The notes under the pieces were generated by a model that worked only from the letters and a program-made list of their open reading frames with translations, had not been told where the DNA came from and searched no databases. Below, piece by piece: positions 45,939 through 59,646 of a stretch of DNA of 64,000 nt. Both the position numbers and the translations under genes were made by a program. The first letter of the stretch is position 1. Each line of letters starts with the position of its first letter. The stretch covers positions 3,782,001-3,846,000 of the forward strand of contig BQFW01000002.1 in NCBI GenBank assembly GCA_020891255.1. The letters run 5' to 3'. Source of the stretch: Entomortierella parvispora E1425. Its lineage: Eukaryota; Fungi; Mortierellomycota.

Positions 45939-48900
45939 GTGTTAAGGAAAGAACATCCATTTTGACATGATCGCCGCGACCAGAACATCTCTTTCTTACC
46001 GAGGGTGCTACCGTTGTTGGCCAAGCTAGGGGTAGTATCTGAGAGACCGCTCTTGCTTCGAACGCTCAGAATACTTCCAGCGCGAGGGCGACCAACGACG
46101 GTAGAGGTAGATCCCAGCTCCACATCACTCTGATCCCGTCGTCGAATGTTTTGGATATCATAGAGGCTCTCGCCCATCGAACCGGGCTCAGGCGCAAAGA
46201 CCTTGGTATAAAGCACAAATAGTGCTTCTTGCAACTCCAAAGCGGATTCCGTGCCATGGACCTGATCCTGCAAAGTCGCCTGAGTAATTCGAAGGGCCAA
46301 GTAGTCCTCCCCTTCAAGTTGCGAGCAGGAAAGAGCATCTGTGTTGGGCAGGTCCCACTCTGATTCTTTGAGACCGACGGAGCAAATGTTGAGAGCTCGC
46401 TCATAGTCTTTTTGAGAAGAAAGCAGGAGCGCAAGGAGATGCCACGAGGGCAAATGGGACGCATTGGCGCTCAGACTTTGCTTCACGGCAGCGATAGCTT
46501 TGGGGATCTCACGCATTTCGGCCAGCTGACGGGCCAAATAGTAATGACCCTCAAAGTCCAAGGGTGCAGCCTCAATCGCCTTCTCAAAGCTTTCCACCGC
46601 CTTTGCGAAGAGAGCGGGACGAAGCTCTGGCTCATGCACTATTGTAAATAAGAAATGAAATGTCAGAACATGGCGACTTTCGTGGAAACATGACTCTCCC
46701 TGCATGTCATTCTCGCTTTCTCACTGACCTTCAGCGGCCTGTTGACTGTAAGCAATTCCCTGGTACTTGTAGGCGTTGTTGGTCAGCTCCTTGACATTTT
46801 CCTCGGTCTGGAGATATTGACGGATATTCTCCAGCGCACTCTCTGCACACTTCAAAGCCTCTTTTGGCTGAGAGAGTTCCTTGAAGTAAAGACGCGCTCC
46901 CTCGATCATAACAGTGGTGATATCGTACTCTGATTCGACATCGAGACGCACACGCTGATCGTGCGTCAAGACCTCTTCAGCGACAGCAGACGTGACTTTA
47001 AGGTTGATTTCTGCCAAGTCCAAGTACGCCTTCAACGCCAGGACTGCCTCATCATACTGACCCATGTCGACCAGAGCAAAGAACAAGAAGCGAAGAATAC
47101 GAGGCGACTGGAAGGTCTTTTGTGAAGCCCTGTAGATGGTCTAGAGATTGAGACATAAAGCAGCTTGGTTAAGATACAGTGAAGTGCAAGATACAACAGC
47201 TTCAACGCCAATGGGCCTTACCTCAACGAGCACACGCTTGTCAGCATCGTTTCCTGGTCCAAGCTGCTTTCTATCCTCAACAATCTGCTCAATCATCACC
47301 AACACATGGCGGTTCTTCTCGTCAGCTTTGGGGAAAGTGGTGGCAGCGTAAAGAGAGTCCTCCCAGTAAGCATGAATTTGTGCAGTCTCCAACGCCAAAG
47401 CAGCAGGCTGGAATTGGGATTGTTCGCTACAGCAAAGGAGTGTGCATGACAGTCGTCGTTAGGAAAGATGCACCCACTGGAGTGATTTTGGTCAAAAGTA
47501 GACTGGTTGTCTGGTGGATAGACTTACTCAACGACGGCAGAGACGTTATGGGCCTTGAGAGAGCCAGAGAGGGCCATGGAGAAGTAGCGATAGACTGTTG
47601 CACGGCGAGCCAGGCGGAACTGTCCAGGCCAGAGCAAAGCCTGGCTGTGATAAGTCCTGAAAGAGCGGATGGCAGCAAGCTGGTCCCTAGTGAATGCCAG
47701 AAGTCAAAAACAAGCAGTCAAAAAAGTCAGACTCCAGCTGCCACGCCACCAACTTTTGTTTGTCGTCCCCATTGGTCGATCTGGTTCCTTACCCCTGGGC
47801 CAACTTGAGCATGCCTGCCCTGTAGAGTGCTTGCTCCGTCCATGAGTTGAGCTCTTCACTACGCTCGTTGGGGTTGGACTGCACGAGAACAGAGACGTTG
47901 TCGTAGCATACAATCGCCTCTGCGATCCTGCCCTCCTCCTGAAGCGTAATACCCTTCACAGTCAATCCACAGATGACAAGGGCAAAGTTGTATCCCATGG
48001 GAATCCTGGCTGGTGGAAGTTGGATGTTTTGAAGGTAATGGGCGACTCTTTGCAAACGATCAGGCGCATCCGTGGCAAGGGCAGCGCGTGCCAATACGAT
48101 GGCAGCATACTATCGACACAAAAAACGAATCAAGGAGTAGAAAGGTCAGTCCTCCTGCTCTGGCATCATCCTATCCGCTGGGCGCCTTTGGTAGTCGTCA
48201 ACTTGCCTCCTGGTGCTCCTCGGTGCCTCGGGCGAGAACGCCCTCCAGCTTCTCCACAGCCTCATGGATGGTATCCTGCTTGATCAACGGGCTATGAGCA
48301 ATTGACTCGGGGGTATCATCGAGCGAGGCAGCGTAGGTCCACTGTTGGGCCGTACGTTCCTTCAGTTCTGCTTCGCCAACAGCCATCTCGAGCATGGCCG
48401 TGTTGGCCAGGACTAGATGAGAAGCACATTCCATCGGAAAGGGCGTTAGTCATTGCAATTGCGTCTCTTTCTGGCTGCACTGCAGCTCTCCCTCCCTGGT
48501 ATCTCCTTTTGTCGTCTGTCCACATTCTTTTCCTGTCGCTCTTTAATTGTTCGCTCTCCTGTGGAACAAACAACTGTTGGGCGTTTTTACTCCATGCCAG
48601 AGAGTTCACTTTAGCAGGTCGCTCTCTCTCCACTCGTCTGCCTCGCTCTGCTTTAGTTGTTTAGTGCCGTTTATCGTATCATCCTTAGCTTGACTGAGAT
48701 GCTGCACCCTAGCCAAGCTGTTTGGTCCAGTCGAGGGCGAGTCTATCCTCGTGTGGCATGGACGGCGACATGCTCCTGTCGAGTGCAATGTGATCTGATG
48801 AGTCGTTTTTGTGGACATGTCAACGAATGACACGTACCGATACCGTCCTTGTTATGCTTGACATAGCGACGAGCAAACTCGGGGAAGGCAGCATAGCTCG

Positions 48901-48961
48901 CCTTTGCTCGAGCGTTCTGGAAATCGCGTTCGATGACCAGTGCTTTTGGAGTGAGGTTCAT
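45130..48961 (-). CDS. YPP1: TPR-repeat protein Ypp1/TTC7 (PI4-kinase complex scaffold), multi-exon
   Basis: MNLTPKALVIERDFQNARAKASYAAFPEFARRYVKHN; YYLARQLAEMREIPKAI..SWHLLALLLSSQKD; LWLLSASSFRRL..AIEEAE; WNSAEAWFYLG..KECLWYALDLE..RP. Confidence 0.88.
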
Positions 48962-49083
48962 GGGCGATGAGCTGTGGAATGTGACGAGAGGGAAGTCGAG
49001 AGGAGAAAGGGGAAGAGAGGAGAGAGAAGGAGAGCGAGCAGGGAGAGCGGATGAGAAAGATGAAGAAGAGGAAAGGACAGATG

Positions 49084-49435
49084 GAATGAATGAATGAATG
49101 AATGAATATGTGGAGAAGCAACGGTGGATGGATGGATGGAGAGAGAGAGAGAGACACGACACTGAAGTAAAGTAAAGTGTCCGTTGGGTGCGAAGTGCAA
49201 AAATGTAAATCGAGAAATGAATGTGATAGAGACAGACAGAAAAGGGCTCTCAGGCCATTCATTCATTCATTCATTCATTCATTCATACAGTTCATTCTGC
49301 TGGAAATAACTCGCTCGCTCGTCGTGTTCATGTTTGGCTGAGCAGAGCGGGGAGCAGCAGGACCCACAGGGCGGGTTGCCAGCCTGGTTGTCTGTTTATC
49401 TGTCTGTCTGTCTGTCTGTCTGTCTGCCTGTTCTG
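49084..49435. repeat. Microsatellite cluster (GAAT)6, (GGAT)n, (GA)n, (ATTC)7, (CTGT)n upstream of YPP1
   Basis: Directly visible in the sequence. Confidence 0.9.
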
Positions 49436-51120
49436 CCTGCTTCTACGGTACTTTTTTTTTTTTTTGGTTTCTTTCAAAGTAGAAAACCTGTGCGGAGCAT
49501 GTGCAAAGAGTCCTCTTCTCGATGGATCGTCCCACAGAGCCAGACTGGTTCCCCACTTCACTTGCACTCGGCGAGTACAGTCGCACGAACTCACGCACGC
49601 ACGCATTCGCCTGATTATCATGTGCAAGCACGCCCATTGCAAGTAACCATGCTTTCGCGAGTACAAACTCGGTACTTGCACCTTGTGCATCCAGCAAAGA
49701 ACTCGATCCAACGCCACCAAACCGGACACTCCCACGAGCGCGTCGTCTTCCTCGTTTTTGTTCTTGAGAGTTGACAAAGACTTGCCGATGCCCAGTTGCC
49801 CTGCTGCGGCCACCACCCTGTGTCGCTCGCCGTCCTCCCAAAATATCGCCCCCTTTGATCCCCCTACATCAATCCTTCCAGTTTAGACCGAAATCGCTCA
49901 AAGAATGTCATCGAGAGCGAAGGTCGAGCGACTTGGTCAATGCTGGAGGAAGAGGAGAGGTCCCCGGCTGGAGTATGTCTATCATCCAGAGGAATGAACG
50001 GGTGACAAGGACACCAGGAACACGTCCTTTTTCTGTCATGTACTCTCTCCTTTCTCTCTATCTCTATCTCTACATACCTCTCTGTCTCCCTTCCTCGGCT
50101 AATCGAGCGCTGGTCAGAGCCCAGGTCCCTTTGGCCCCCCCTTGAGGCGCCGGCATGAAGGAGTGTCCCTCCTCACTGACTCTTTGCTCTGAATAATGTA
50201 TGTCTGTCACCCTGAACGACGCTTCGGGAGAATTCCTCTATTGGCATGCTCCGTGCCCTGAGCCCTCACATCAGCAACATCAGCAATGGCAACAACAACA
50301 GCGTCAACAGCACCCAGCGCCCAAGGCGGCCTGCCCAATGCTTGGCCAACCACGAGCGCGGCGGCACTCTCTCGAGCCCAATGGGTCATGGGACAGCCCA
50401 CGCTCGTCGCCAGCTGCTTTGGTCCTCTGTTGCTGCAAGCGTGGTCCCTTTATTCCCAATATTCTTCATCCGTGTTCGGTCCACCACAGACGACCCATTG
50501 GTCACCCCCCGCCGCATCGCCATATCCATGGGGGTGCCGTCCATGGTGCTCCCCCTCTCCCTTTTTTTTTTTTTGTTTTCTTTTTGTATTTCCTCTCTTT
50601 TTTTTTCCTCCGTTTTCTTTTCTGTTCACTCTTGCCTTTGCTCCTCCTACCCCTGCTACCAACCCGGCTCCCCGTCCCTCCATATTCCCTTGCCACTTTT
50701 CCTCTCTTCTCTTTTCCTTTCTTGCCTTTCCTTTGCTCTCTCTCCAGTTTATATCTTCCCTCGGACCCTCCGTGCCTGCTACACAAGCCCGCCCGCTGCA
50801 TTCGGTAACCAACCTTTTTTGTTTGGACGTCTGGAATATCGGCCTTGGCAACTCCCTTCCTTGGCACCAGACAACACAAACGCAAGCTCCCAGTTACACG
50901 ACCACCCTCCTTCTTGCCTGGTCCTCCATTGCCTCCATTCTTTGTCAACAACCGCTCAAACATCTCACTCTCCATGGGCCATTGGAGAACTTCATTCCTG
51001 CCGACTGATCACCCCTCTTTTTTTATATACATTTTTTTTTGCTCCTTGCCATTGTTGTTGCTATTGCTGTATCCAGCTCGATATCTCGTCGTTCTTTTCA
51101 CCCCCATTTTTCAGATCCAA

Positions 51121-54100
51121 ATGAAGGACACACGCGAACCGCGCGGCGATTTGAACGGGAACGCGGCACCGCAAGAAGTCACCTCGATCACCGACCTCCA
51201 GTCGATGCTGGCTCGGTTCTGGGAAGCCCACTCCCGCCAATTCAGAGGTGAGTTTTTCTCTCTTTTCTCCTCCGCCAACCTCCCCTCCCCTTCTCTTCCC
51301 CTGTCTTTTTCGTCCCCCGAGAAAAAAAAAAGTGGCTGGCTGAAGAAGGGGCGGGCAACCACAAGGGCTGGCGTGTGCACCACCTTTTGTTTTTGTTTTT
51401 GTGTTTTCTCCCGCGCAATCGATCCAGTCCCGCCCCGGCGCTATGCGCATTATTGAGCGACGAGGGGGGGAAAAGAGAGACATTGACGAGGCAAGATGAG
51501 TAGTAGAGAGGGGGAAAGAAGAAGGACGATGGTTGTCTACCCTGTGAGAGACAGGTGGTTCTATCCCGCTTCCCATTGCACTGTGCTCTTTTCCCCAGTA
51601 CAGCCAGCGATCCATCTCTTTTTTTTCCCTTCTTTCTTTGGAGCCAGTCTCCTCCGAATCCTTCGACCTTTGACCTGCTCACTCCTCGATCTCTCCCCCC
51701 GACCCCCTCCTCCCAGTCAGTCAGTCACCTGCAAACAAGAAAAAAAGGGGGGGGCACGCAAGTGACGGGAAGGGAATGGGTTGTTCTTCCTCTCTCTCTC
51801 TCTCTGCCTGTCTATCTATCTGTCCCTCCGTCCTCCTGTGGGCGCAGGGATCCCATCCGTCACGGTGACCATCCAAGAAAAGGAAAATTAAAGGGGGGAA
51901 GGAAGAGGACAGAGGAGGTCGAGACCCGGCAACTAGCGCATTGGTGCATTGACAGTATGACAACAGGATAGATGACAGCATCCGGAGGCGCTTTTCTTGT
52001 GCTCGTCTCACCCTTTCCTGCCAACGTGGTGGTTCTCCCATGTTTCTATTTCCTAACCCAAAACACGTCTCCTTTTTTTTTTACCTGTATGTCCATTAAC
52101 AGAGATCGAGAGCTCGCTGACGGGCCAACTGTCAACGCTTATCCAAAAGAATGGCTTCCTCTGCCAAAAGATTGAACACCTTCAAAGGAGCAACACCGAT
52201 ATGGAGTACAAGTTTACCATCATGACCTCGGAGCTGGAGCGAGCCCGGAGAGAGTACAGCGATCTGCAGGCAAAGTACGAGCTCAGGAGCGCCTCGTATG
52301 CGGACCTGAAACAGGTTTGCTATCAACTGGATGCACAGCTCAACGGAAAGTCCGTGCCAACAACAGCAGCGAGTACGAATACGGCCACCACCGCCAATGG
52401 AACATCCTCTACAACACCTTCGTCGTCTTCCTCCTCGACTACAATTGCTGAGCAATTGCTCGACGATGGGCCCGTGTCGTCGACCTCGCGTGCGTTGTTG
52501 GAGCTGGGATCGGACAGGAAGAAACGGAGGCTCTCTGTGGATCCGGCCGATGGTGATTCAGATTCAGGCTACCCAATGTCGTATGAAGATCTTTCAAGTG
52601 GTTTGGCGGAAGGTTCGATGGTCCGACCTCACATGGTCCCGATCCCCTTGACGATTTTGCCCCAGCGACAGGTCTCGCCCTCCAGTGGGCCTGCTCAATC
52701 AACGTGGACCTGTCTATGGAAGAGTTGTAATCAAGTTTTTGGCGCGCTGGACTGGTTAGTAGGACATGTGGAAGAGTATCACATTGGCCTTGGCAAGGTA
52801 ATATGATGCCCCATCTCCTCTCCCCTGCATGATTTGATTTGATTTTTGTTTATTTATTTGCAATACTCGAGCTAATGCATCTTTCTTTTCCCCCCCCCCC
52901 CTCCTTCTTTCTTCCTTGGCCCCCCCTCGAAAACCCACCGTCCGTCGCGTCCCTTAGTCACAATACATGTGTGAATGGGAGAACTGCGTGGTCAAACAAA
53001 AGCCATTCCATAAGCACCATCAAGTGATTCGACACATGAGAACCCACACGGGCGAGAAGCCCTTTGTTTGTTCTGTCGACGGTTGCGGCAAGAAATTTGC
53101 CCGGTCAGATTCCTTGTTGGAACATTCTCGAAAGCACAATGGTACCCCGGCTGATTTCTTCAAGATGATGGAGTTGAGCTCGCAGAGGGAACAGGACTCA
53201 CGCCATCTCGATGGACTCATGTTGCATTTGGACACTATTGAGGAACATCAACCTTCCGCAGCTTATCACAGGGGAGGAGCAGGACAGCATCACTCAGTCA
53301 GTTACAGCAATGGCAGTATTGGCTCTGCTTCTGCCGCCGCCGCCGCCGCCGCCGCGGCTGCTGCTACGCTCAGCTCGGGCGGTCGAATCTCAAATGTCAA
53401 GGGAAGCGATCAGATCCGCGAACCCAGAGAGACGTCGTCAATCAGCCCAGCGTTGTCGGATATCAAAGAGATTTCTCTTGATTCTCCATCGACACCCCAT
53501 GGGCCCTCGTCCGCCAAGGTGGATGGCCCCGAAAGTGCTGCACCTTTGAACAAGGAGGCAGCAGAAGCTACGGACACAGCGTCCGTAGCGGGTGGTGCCC
53601 CGGCCTCTGGACCTATTGCCAAGGATGCGCCTAGCAACGGCAACAATACGGATGCCAGAGCAGCGGCGGTCATGCAACAGCGTCAACGTGGACATGTACA
53701 CAGTTCCTCCCTGGGACTTTCAAGGATGGATATCCAAGACGTGATGATGCCACAGCAGAAGGAGTTTGGTCATGGACATTCGCGCTCCATTGACTTTGGA
53801 CGCCATGGCGTCATGGACCCTAACCAGCGACCTCTCCATCGCCAGAATCCGTCGCAGGGTTACCATGGACACCATCGCCATACCCATAGCACCAGCAGCA
53901 CCAGCAGTCAAATGTCGTTGCACCATCACCACCCACACCCCTACCGTCAGCACGAGTTTGGACATTCACAGACACCGTCTTTGGACTACTCACGTGTGGA
54001 TATGAGCTTCCATCGCAAGGACCGTGGTCACTCTCATACACCTTCGTTGGAGATGCCACCCATCCCCAACCAGATGATGCATCGTTCGGATGATCGACGC

Positions 54101-54466
54101 CATGGTGCTTTGCCTTATGACCGTCCCTACAGGCAACAGCAACAACAGCAGCCCTCGCAGTTGGACATAAGAAACCAATTGAGTCCACAACCGTCCAAGA
54201 TTCAAGAAAAGACTGCCTACCCTACACCTCAGATGCCCTCTCAGCATCACCAACAGCAGCAGTACCATCAACAGCAGCAGCAACAACAGCAACAACAACA
54301 ACAACAACAGCAGAAGCGGGATAGGATTGAGCAGCAGGTAGAATCACCCAACTCGAGTCCGACCCCAAAGACGCCACTGGCAGACTCGGCTGCCAACGGT
54401 GCTTCCGACTTTTGTGGACCCATGGATCAAGAACCCACCAACACTGTTACCGCTGCCGCCGTATAA
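51121..54466 (+). CDS. C2H2 zinc-finger transcription factor (three Gli/Zic/Zap1-type fingers), N-terminal coiled coil, His/Gln-rich C-terminus; 3 exons
   Basis: Exon 1 (MKDTREP..RQFR, GTGAGT donor) splices in frame to EIESSLTGQL. Fingers are WTCLWKSC..HVEEYHIGLGK/SQYMCEWENC..HMRTHTGEKPFVCSVDGCGKKFARSDSLLEHSRKH. Confidence 0.88.
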
Positions 54467-54467
54467 C

Positions 54468-54501
<34 letters not shown>

Positions 54502-54895
54502 GTCATATACCCTCTTCCCATTCCGCCAGCATTTTTTCATTATCTCCCATCCAAGCCTTCATCCATAGTTTCCTTGCCTTTTTTTGTTCCTTTTTTTTAT
54601 GCTCGTCCGTCGCTTGCAACTTGATTTCATTTGTTCCGCTCCCTCCCCAAAAATAAACATCGAAACAACGGTCAATCTAAGCGCCATTCTACTCTTTACC
54701 TTTTCTAGTCGTCAGGGTGTAATGTCTTTATTGAATATGACGACAAAAACAAACAAAAACAAAATGGATGCAAAACTAGAGAGTGATATGATACATGGGA
54801 CAAATGCAAAAAGAATGAAAAAAACAAATCTAGAAAGTAGGGGAACAACAAAAAAAAAAAAAAGCAAAAGAGACAATGCGATCTTTTCCCCGCCT

Positions 54896-57800
54896 TTAAA
54901 ATCCTTGGGTTCGAGGCTTCTTCTTCTTGGCCTTTTTTCCATCCGGCAATGGCTTCCTGTTGGCGAACGTGCCCCGGACAGGTTGACTGGCTCCCCACAT
55001 GAACGCACTGGTGTCCTGACTCTGACCCTGGCTCTGATTTGGATCGACATCTGTCTCCTGAGATCCCGTCGCAGCGGGAACTTGAGTGCTGCTGAAGAAA
55101 TTGCTTCCTCCAGCCTGTGATTCGTCTTGGAGCAAACTCTCTTCCCAGTCCCGACTGTCGCTCAAGAACGTCGGTGCCTGGAACATGGCGTGATCCAAAG
55201 AAAGAGGTGGCTGAATACCAAATCCGTGAGGGGTTGATTTGGCCTTGGTCTTGCCCTTGTCGGCCAGAGAGGAAGATGCCGCTCCTGCCTTACTCAAGGA
55301 AGATGAAGAGGACAGTTGTGACGCCTTTGGTTTGGTTGGCTTTTGTGAAAGAGAAAAGCCAACCTTGCGAGCGGGCTGAGAAGCAGAAATGACGGTCGGC
55401 AACGAAAACATGCCATCCTCGTCGGCGTCTCCGAGTTGAGAGTAGAAGCCATCTTCCTCAGCAATGATACCACTCACCATAGGAGCGGGCTGCGAAGCGG
55501 AACCTCCTGCGCTGATATTATAACTCTGATCCTTCATACGGGTGGACTTCACTCGCTGCTCTCGCTTCTCGCGCTTTCTTCGAAGTTGCAACAGTCGTTC
55601 CTCGCGCTCGAGCTCCTCGTCATCCGACTCGCTGTCGACAACCTTTGCAGCGTTGAGGGAAAACGGTTTGTAGACGTACTTTCCGGGATCCTCGCCAATT
55701 TTCCACTCGTCCCAGATGGGCTTGATCATTGGCGGTACCTTTGTCTTCAGAATCGTATCTGGTTGGTTCTTCTCCTTGGGAGTACTGAAGAGATACTGGC
55801 AAACAAATTCTGTGGGATCTTCAGCAAGATTCTGGCCAGAGGAAACCTCGGGTTCAATCATACTGACGATGGTCGTTGTCATAAGTTCCAGATCCTGAGT
55901 AAGTTTTCGGATAGCCTTCAAACGGACCTCACGAGACTCGAGACTCGACCAAGGTTCCCCTTCCTCATTGAACTCCTGATCGTCCGAGAGTAACATGCCG
56001 ACTCTCTTGTCCCTAACCGTAGAAGCGTTATCACCGGACTGTTCGCCTTCCGGCAGATGAAGAGTTGCCAGCTGGGAAGTAATCTCAACCTCGGGACCGG
56101 CTTTGGAGAGTCGATCCGGCAATGGATAGATATCTGCCAAAAATTGTTCTACAATCCTTAAATCCATGTGTTGGCTTCTCAGATGCGATTCAATGAGAAG
56201 ATTGAGCTTTTTTGGCCAGACTTTTTGCACTCTCCGCTGATGAATATCGTTTTCTTCGGTGATAACAGAAGGGTCCATCTCGATCGCATCCAAGATGGCG
56301 GTGGCGACTGCTCGACGACTGCTGTTGGACGCACTGCGCATGCCGATCTGAAGCAAGATATCATACCTATAAATATGATTGTTTATAAAAGTTAGAACAA
56401 GTTCACAAACTAGGATGGAAGATCTCAAAAACAAAAGAAAATAACCGCCACACTTACAGCGTATTGGGTTGCCGACTGTCCGTGACGATCTGCATGGCCT
56501 CATTTACTTTAGCATTGACATCCAGTGCAGGCGCACCGGGTTCATCCGCGTCTTCCAAGCGGAGGATATAAAGCTTTAGGTTTTCCAACAGTTGCCGAAG
56601 ATCTAGGTCCAGGTTCCGACGGAGTTCATCCTGGGTCACTGGTACTTTATCAGCCCGTGCTTGGAGCTCCTTGGCATTGCCTTTCCATGAAGCAACCATT
56701 CCTTCCGATGCATCAAGTAGTTGGTCGACCACATCAATGTCGTCCATTCTCCGAGCTATTAGTTTATCTGCGATTCTTGATGTGGTTTCTCTGAGCCCCT
56801 TAGGAATCGGCTCGTAGGGGCCATCCGGATAATCCACTCCCAAATCTCTCTTTGACAGAAGGGCATCCTTCTCCTTGGTCTTGATCTCGATCTCCTGTGC
56901 ATAGACACCTCCTGTCGAGGCATATTGGAATAGAGAGAATTTTGAATTGGAAAGAGGGCGTCGAGGACGCAAATCCTTGTCAAACGTCTCCCTCTCCCAA
57001 ACATTTCGGTCGTCTTCTTCGTCCTCGTCCTCGTCCTCTTCATCATCTTCCAGGATTCGGGTGGGGAGGACATCCAGGCCGACAAGAGGGGGCCTCACTG
57101 ATTGTTGAAGTCGATTATCCTTATTGGTATAGTACTGTGTCTGCTTCAAAGCTTCACGGAGGGTGGTCGCATTGGTATATTGAGAGTGGGTATGGAATGA
57201 AGGCAATTGCTGCTCCCGCTTTGCCAGACGTATAGGCTCCCCTGGTTCCATCAAAACACGGTATGCAGTGATTTCGGCATCCCGTTGACTCCAGGTTAAA
57301 AGCGTTGCTAGATAGAGAGAAGAAATAATGAAGAGCAATTCCAAGATTGTCAGCCTGTGGTGAAAGGTTGGCGATTTGGAAGGGAAAAAAAGAAAGGAAA
57401 AAAAAAAAAAAAAAAAAAAAAAAGGTGCCTGGAATACTTACCACCGCTCTTCTCATCGTCAGACATGTCGATCGCTTTAATTCCGAATGGCATATTTCGG
57501 TTCATTTGATGTGCCCATGAGAGGAGGGGGCGTTTCGAATATCTCTCGTCAACAATGGCGATCTGATGTGAGGTCGCAATAAAGTGGTGAAATGGCATCT
57601 TTTCAAAGGAATCCTCCTGGATACACTGAATAGTCTCTCCTGTTCGAGGTTGAAACAGCGTCGTTCGCGAGCTCCTAGTCTGAAAAGTTGATGGCAGCCC
57701 GTACAAAATTCACTTAGTAACTCCCTTTCAAAGCTCCCTTCAAAGGTCAGAAGTGAAATAGTCCAGTCATCTTATCTAAACATACCCTGCAATCGAAGAG

Positions 57801-59242
57801 TCGCATAGTATTCCTGGAGGCAACAGCTAAATGATCAGGATGGGCTCCCCATGCACAACTCATCCATGGATCATCCAGAGGTTCATCTCTTCCCTTGAAA
57901 ACGACAGAAACTTGGTGGTTATCCTGAGTTGAGGTCGGGCTCTGTCCTGCAGGGGCCAACGTCCAGATCCTTACGCCTCCTTTGTTGCCCAGTAGAGCGT
58001 ACTTGTCAGGCCAATATGGTGAGATGGAAGTATTGATTGTACTCTCATTCCCAGATGCTGGCTTGCATGGTATCGTGGCAATAACCTCTACATAGGAGGG
58101 ATCCATCCTCGAAATCGCTTCCGGTGCGTCACTGGCGGTCGCAACAATACTAATGGACTCGCGTGTACGAACCAAAATTTGCTCTTTGGTAGTAACGTCA
58201 AGACATGATGTTAGGAATTCGGAAATGAGATACATAAAAAAGCATCGTCCAGATAGCCCAATGTCAAAACTTTACCTTCAAGGTATTTCTTGGACGCCTC
58301 TGATGGCATGGATATTTGGCAAATGGCGGACGAAAAGGCGATGAGAGGTGACTTTGGTGCCAACAGGTTGAACGCCGGCTGTTGTCGACGTTTGTGCTGT
58401 ACAAGCGAAATGGCTAACATGCGCAATAGGTGACAGGGAGGAAATGAATGGTTGGTAACGATACGAAAGAGACAGGACTGACGAATTTCTGTGAATCACT
58501 CGTACCAAGATGAGCTCCTGTCGGTCCATAAGGTGTTGCGACTACGGGGAGTCCTGCTGCGAAGGACCCGACCGCGCAATGGTTGCCTTGATATGGATCG
58601 TAAAAGGCCAGAGCGTAATCCTCGTACCTCGATTCCATTAGATATTCATGAACAAGATCCTCAGGGAACCAGTCGTCCACGTGTGCCCCAGACAAGAATT
58701 TTATCTGTAGAGAGCAAAGACAAGATGGCTGTTAGACACGATGAACAGATCCAAACCAGATCCAACGCCCTTTGCTATAAGAACAAGAGAGAAGAATCGC
58801 GTTTTTCCATAGATGAATCTTTGTACGCTACACTGTCATTGATGGAGACCGCCAGGTGCCGTCTATTCAACCGTGATCCTTTGAACTCCTGCGGCCAATT
58901 TTCGATCATCTGTGGTACATAGGATCGAGCTCTAGGCAGCATCTGAACAAGCGGCGACGTTTCCTCAAAGGTGAAATCTACCAAAAGCCAAAAAAAGGGG
59001 GGGTAGTGGTGTCAGTCGGTCTTTTCTTGATCAGGTATAGATCTTCAGACCACTAACCCTACATCCATCCTCGCCTCCCTACCCTGGGGATCCTTTGCGC
59101 TGATCCGCTCTTCGTCGTTGGGCGGTAAAGAGACGCCGCCAACCAGTCCAAAGTCCAAGAGTCCTCCCTGGCGAAATGTTCGTCCGGGCCATGCCCATGG
59201 TGCGGTGGTTAGCACGCCCTGTGGTCGACGTCGCCGGAGCAT
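54896..59242 (-). CDS. RRN6: RNA polymerase I core factor subunit Rrn6/TAF1C-like, multi-exon
   Basis: WPG..GLLDFG; FYDPYQGN; WMSCAWGAHPDHLAVASR; IVDERYSKRPLLSWAH; C-terminal ASQPVRGTFANR..KKKKPRTQGF. Confidence 0.75.
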
Positions 59243-59646
59243 GATAGCATTGCAGTTCCTGCGGGGAATGAAGAATGAATGAGAACGGGAAGGAGAGGCA
59301 GCAATGGAAGGTAATACAATGCAATGCAATGGCAATGTGGTGGTGTCCCTTGTTTCTTTTTTTTTTCTCTCTTTTTTTTTTTTTTTTTCTTTGTTCTTTC
59401 CCGTGGTCACGTGCAGATCGCTGTCGCTCATTCGCTGTCCGCTTTTTGCCACCATTTCGTCGTTGCGGGCCATTTTTGCGCTGTTGCCACCACCGTTGCA
59501 TTCTTTCCTCTTCATTCCCCCCTCTGTTCGCCGCCATCCTTCGTTCCCTGCTTCCCACCCTCCTTCCTTTTCCCTCTCCTTGCTCCCCTTCTTTCTCTCT
59601 CATTGCACCCTCACATCACATTCACCACCCCTGTTCAGCTAATTTC

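Noticed and set aside
54467-54494. Long genomic A run right after the stop codon of the zinc-finger gene as a retrocopy tail
   Set aside because: The gene has introns, there is no target-site duplication, and similar A/T homopolymers are common throughout the window.
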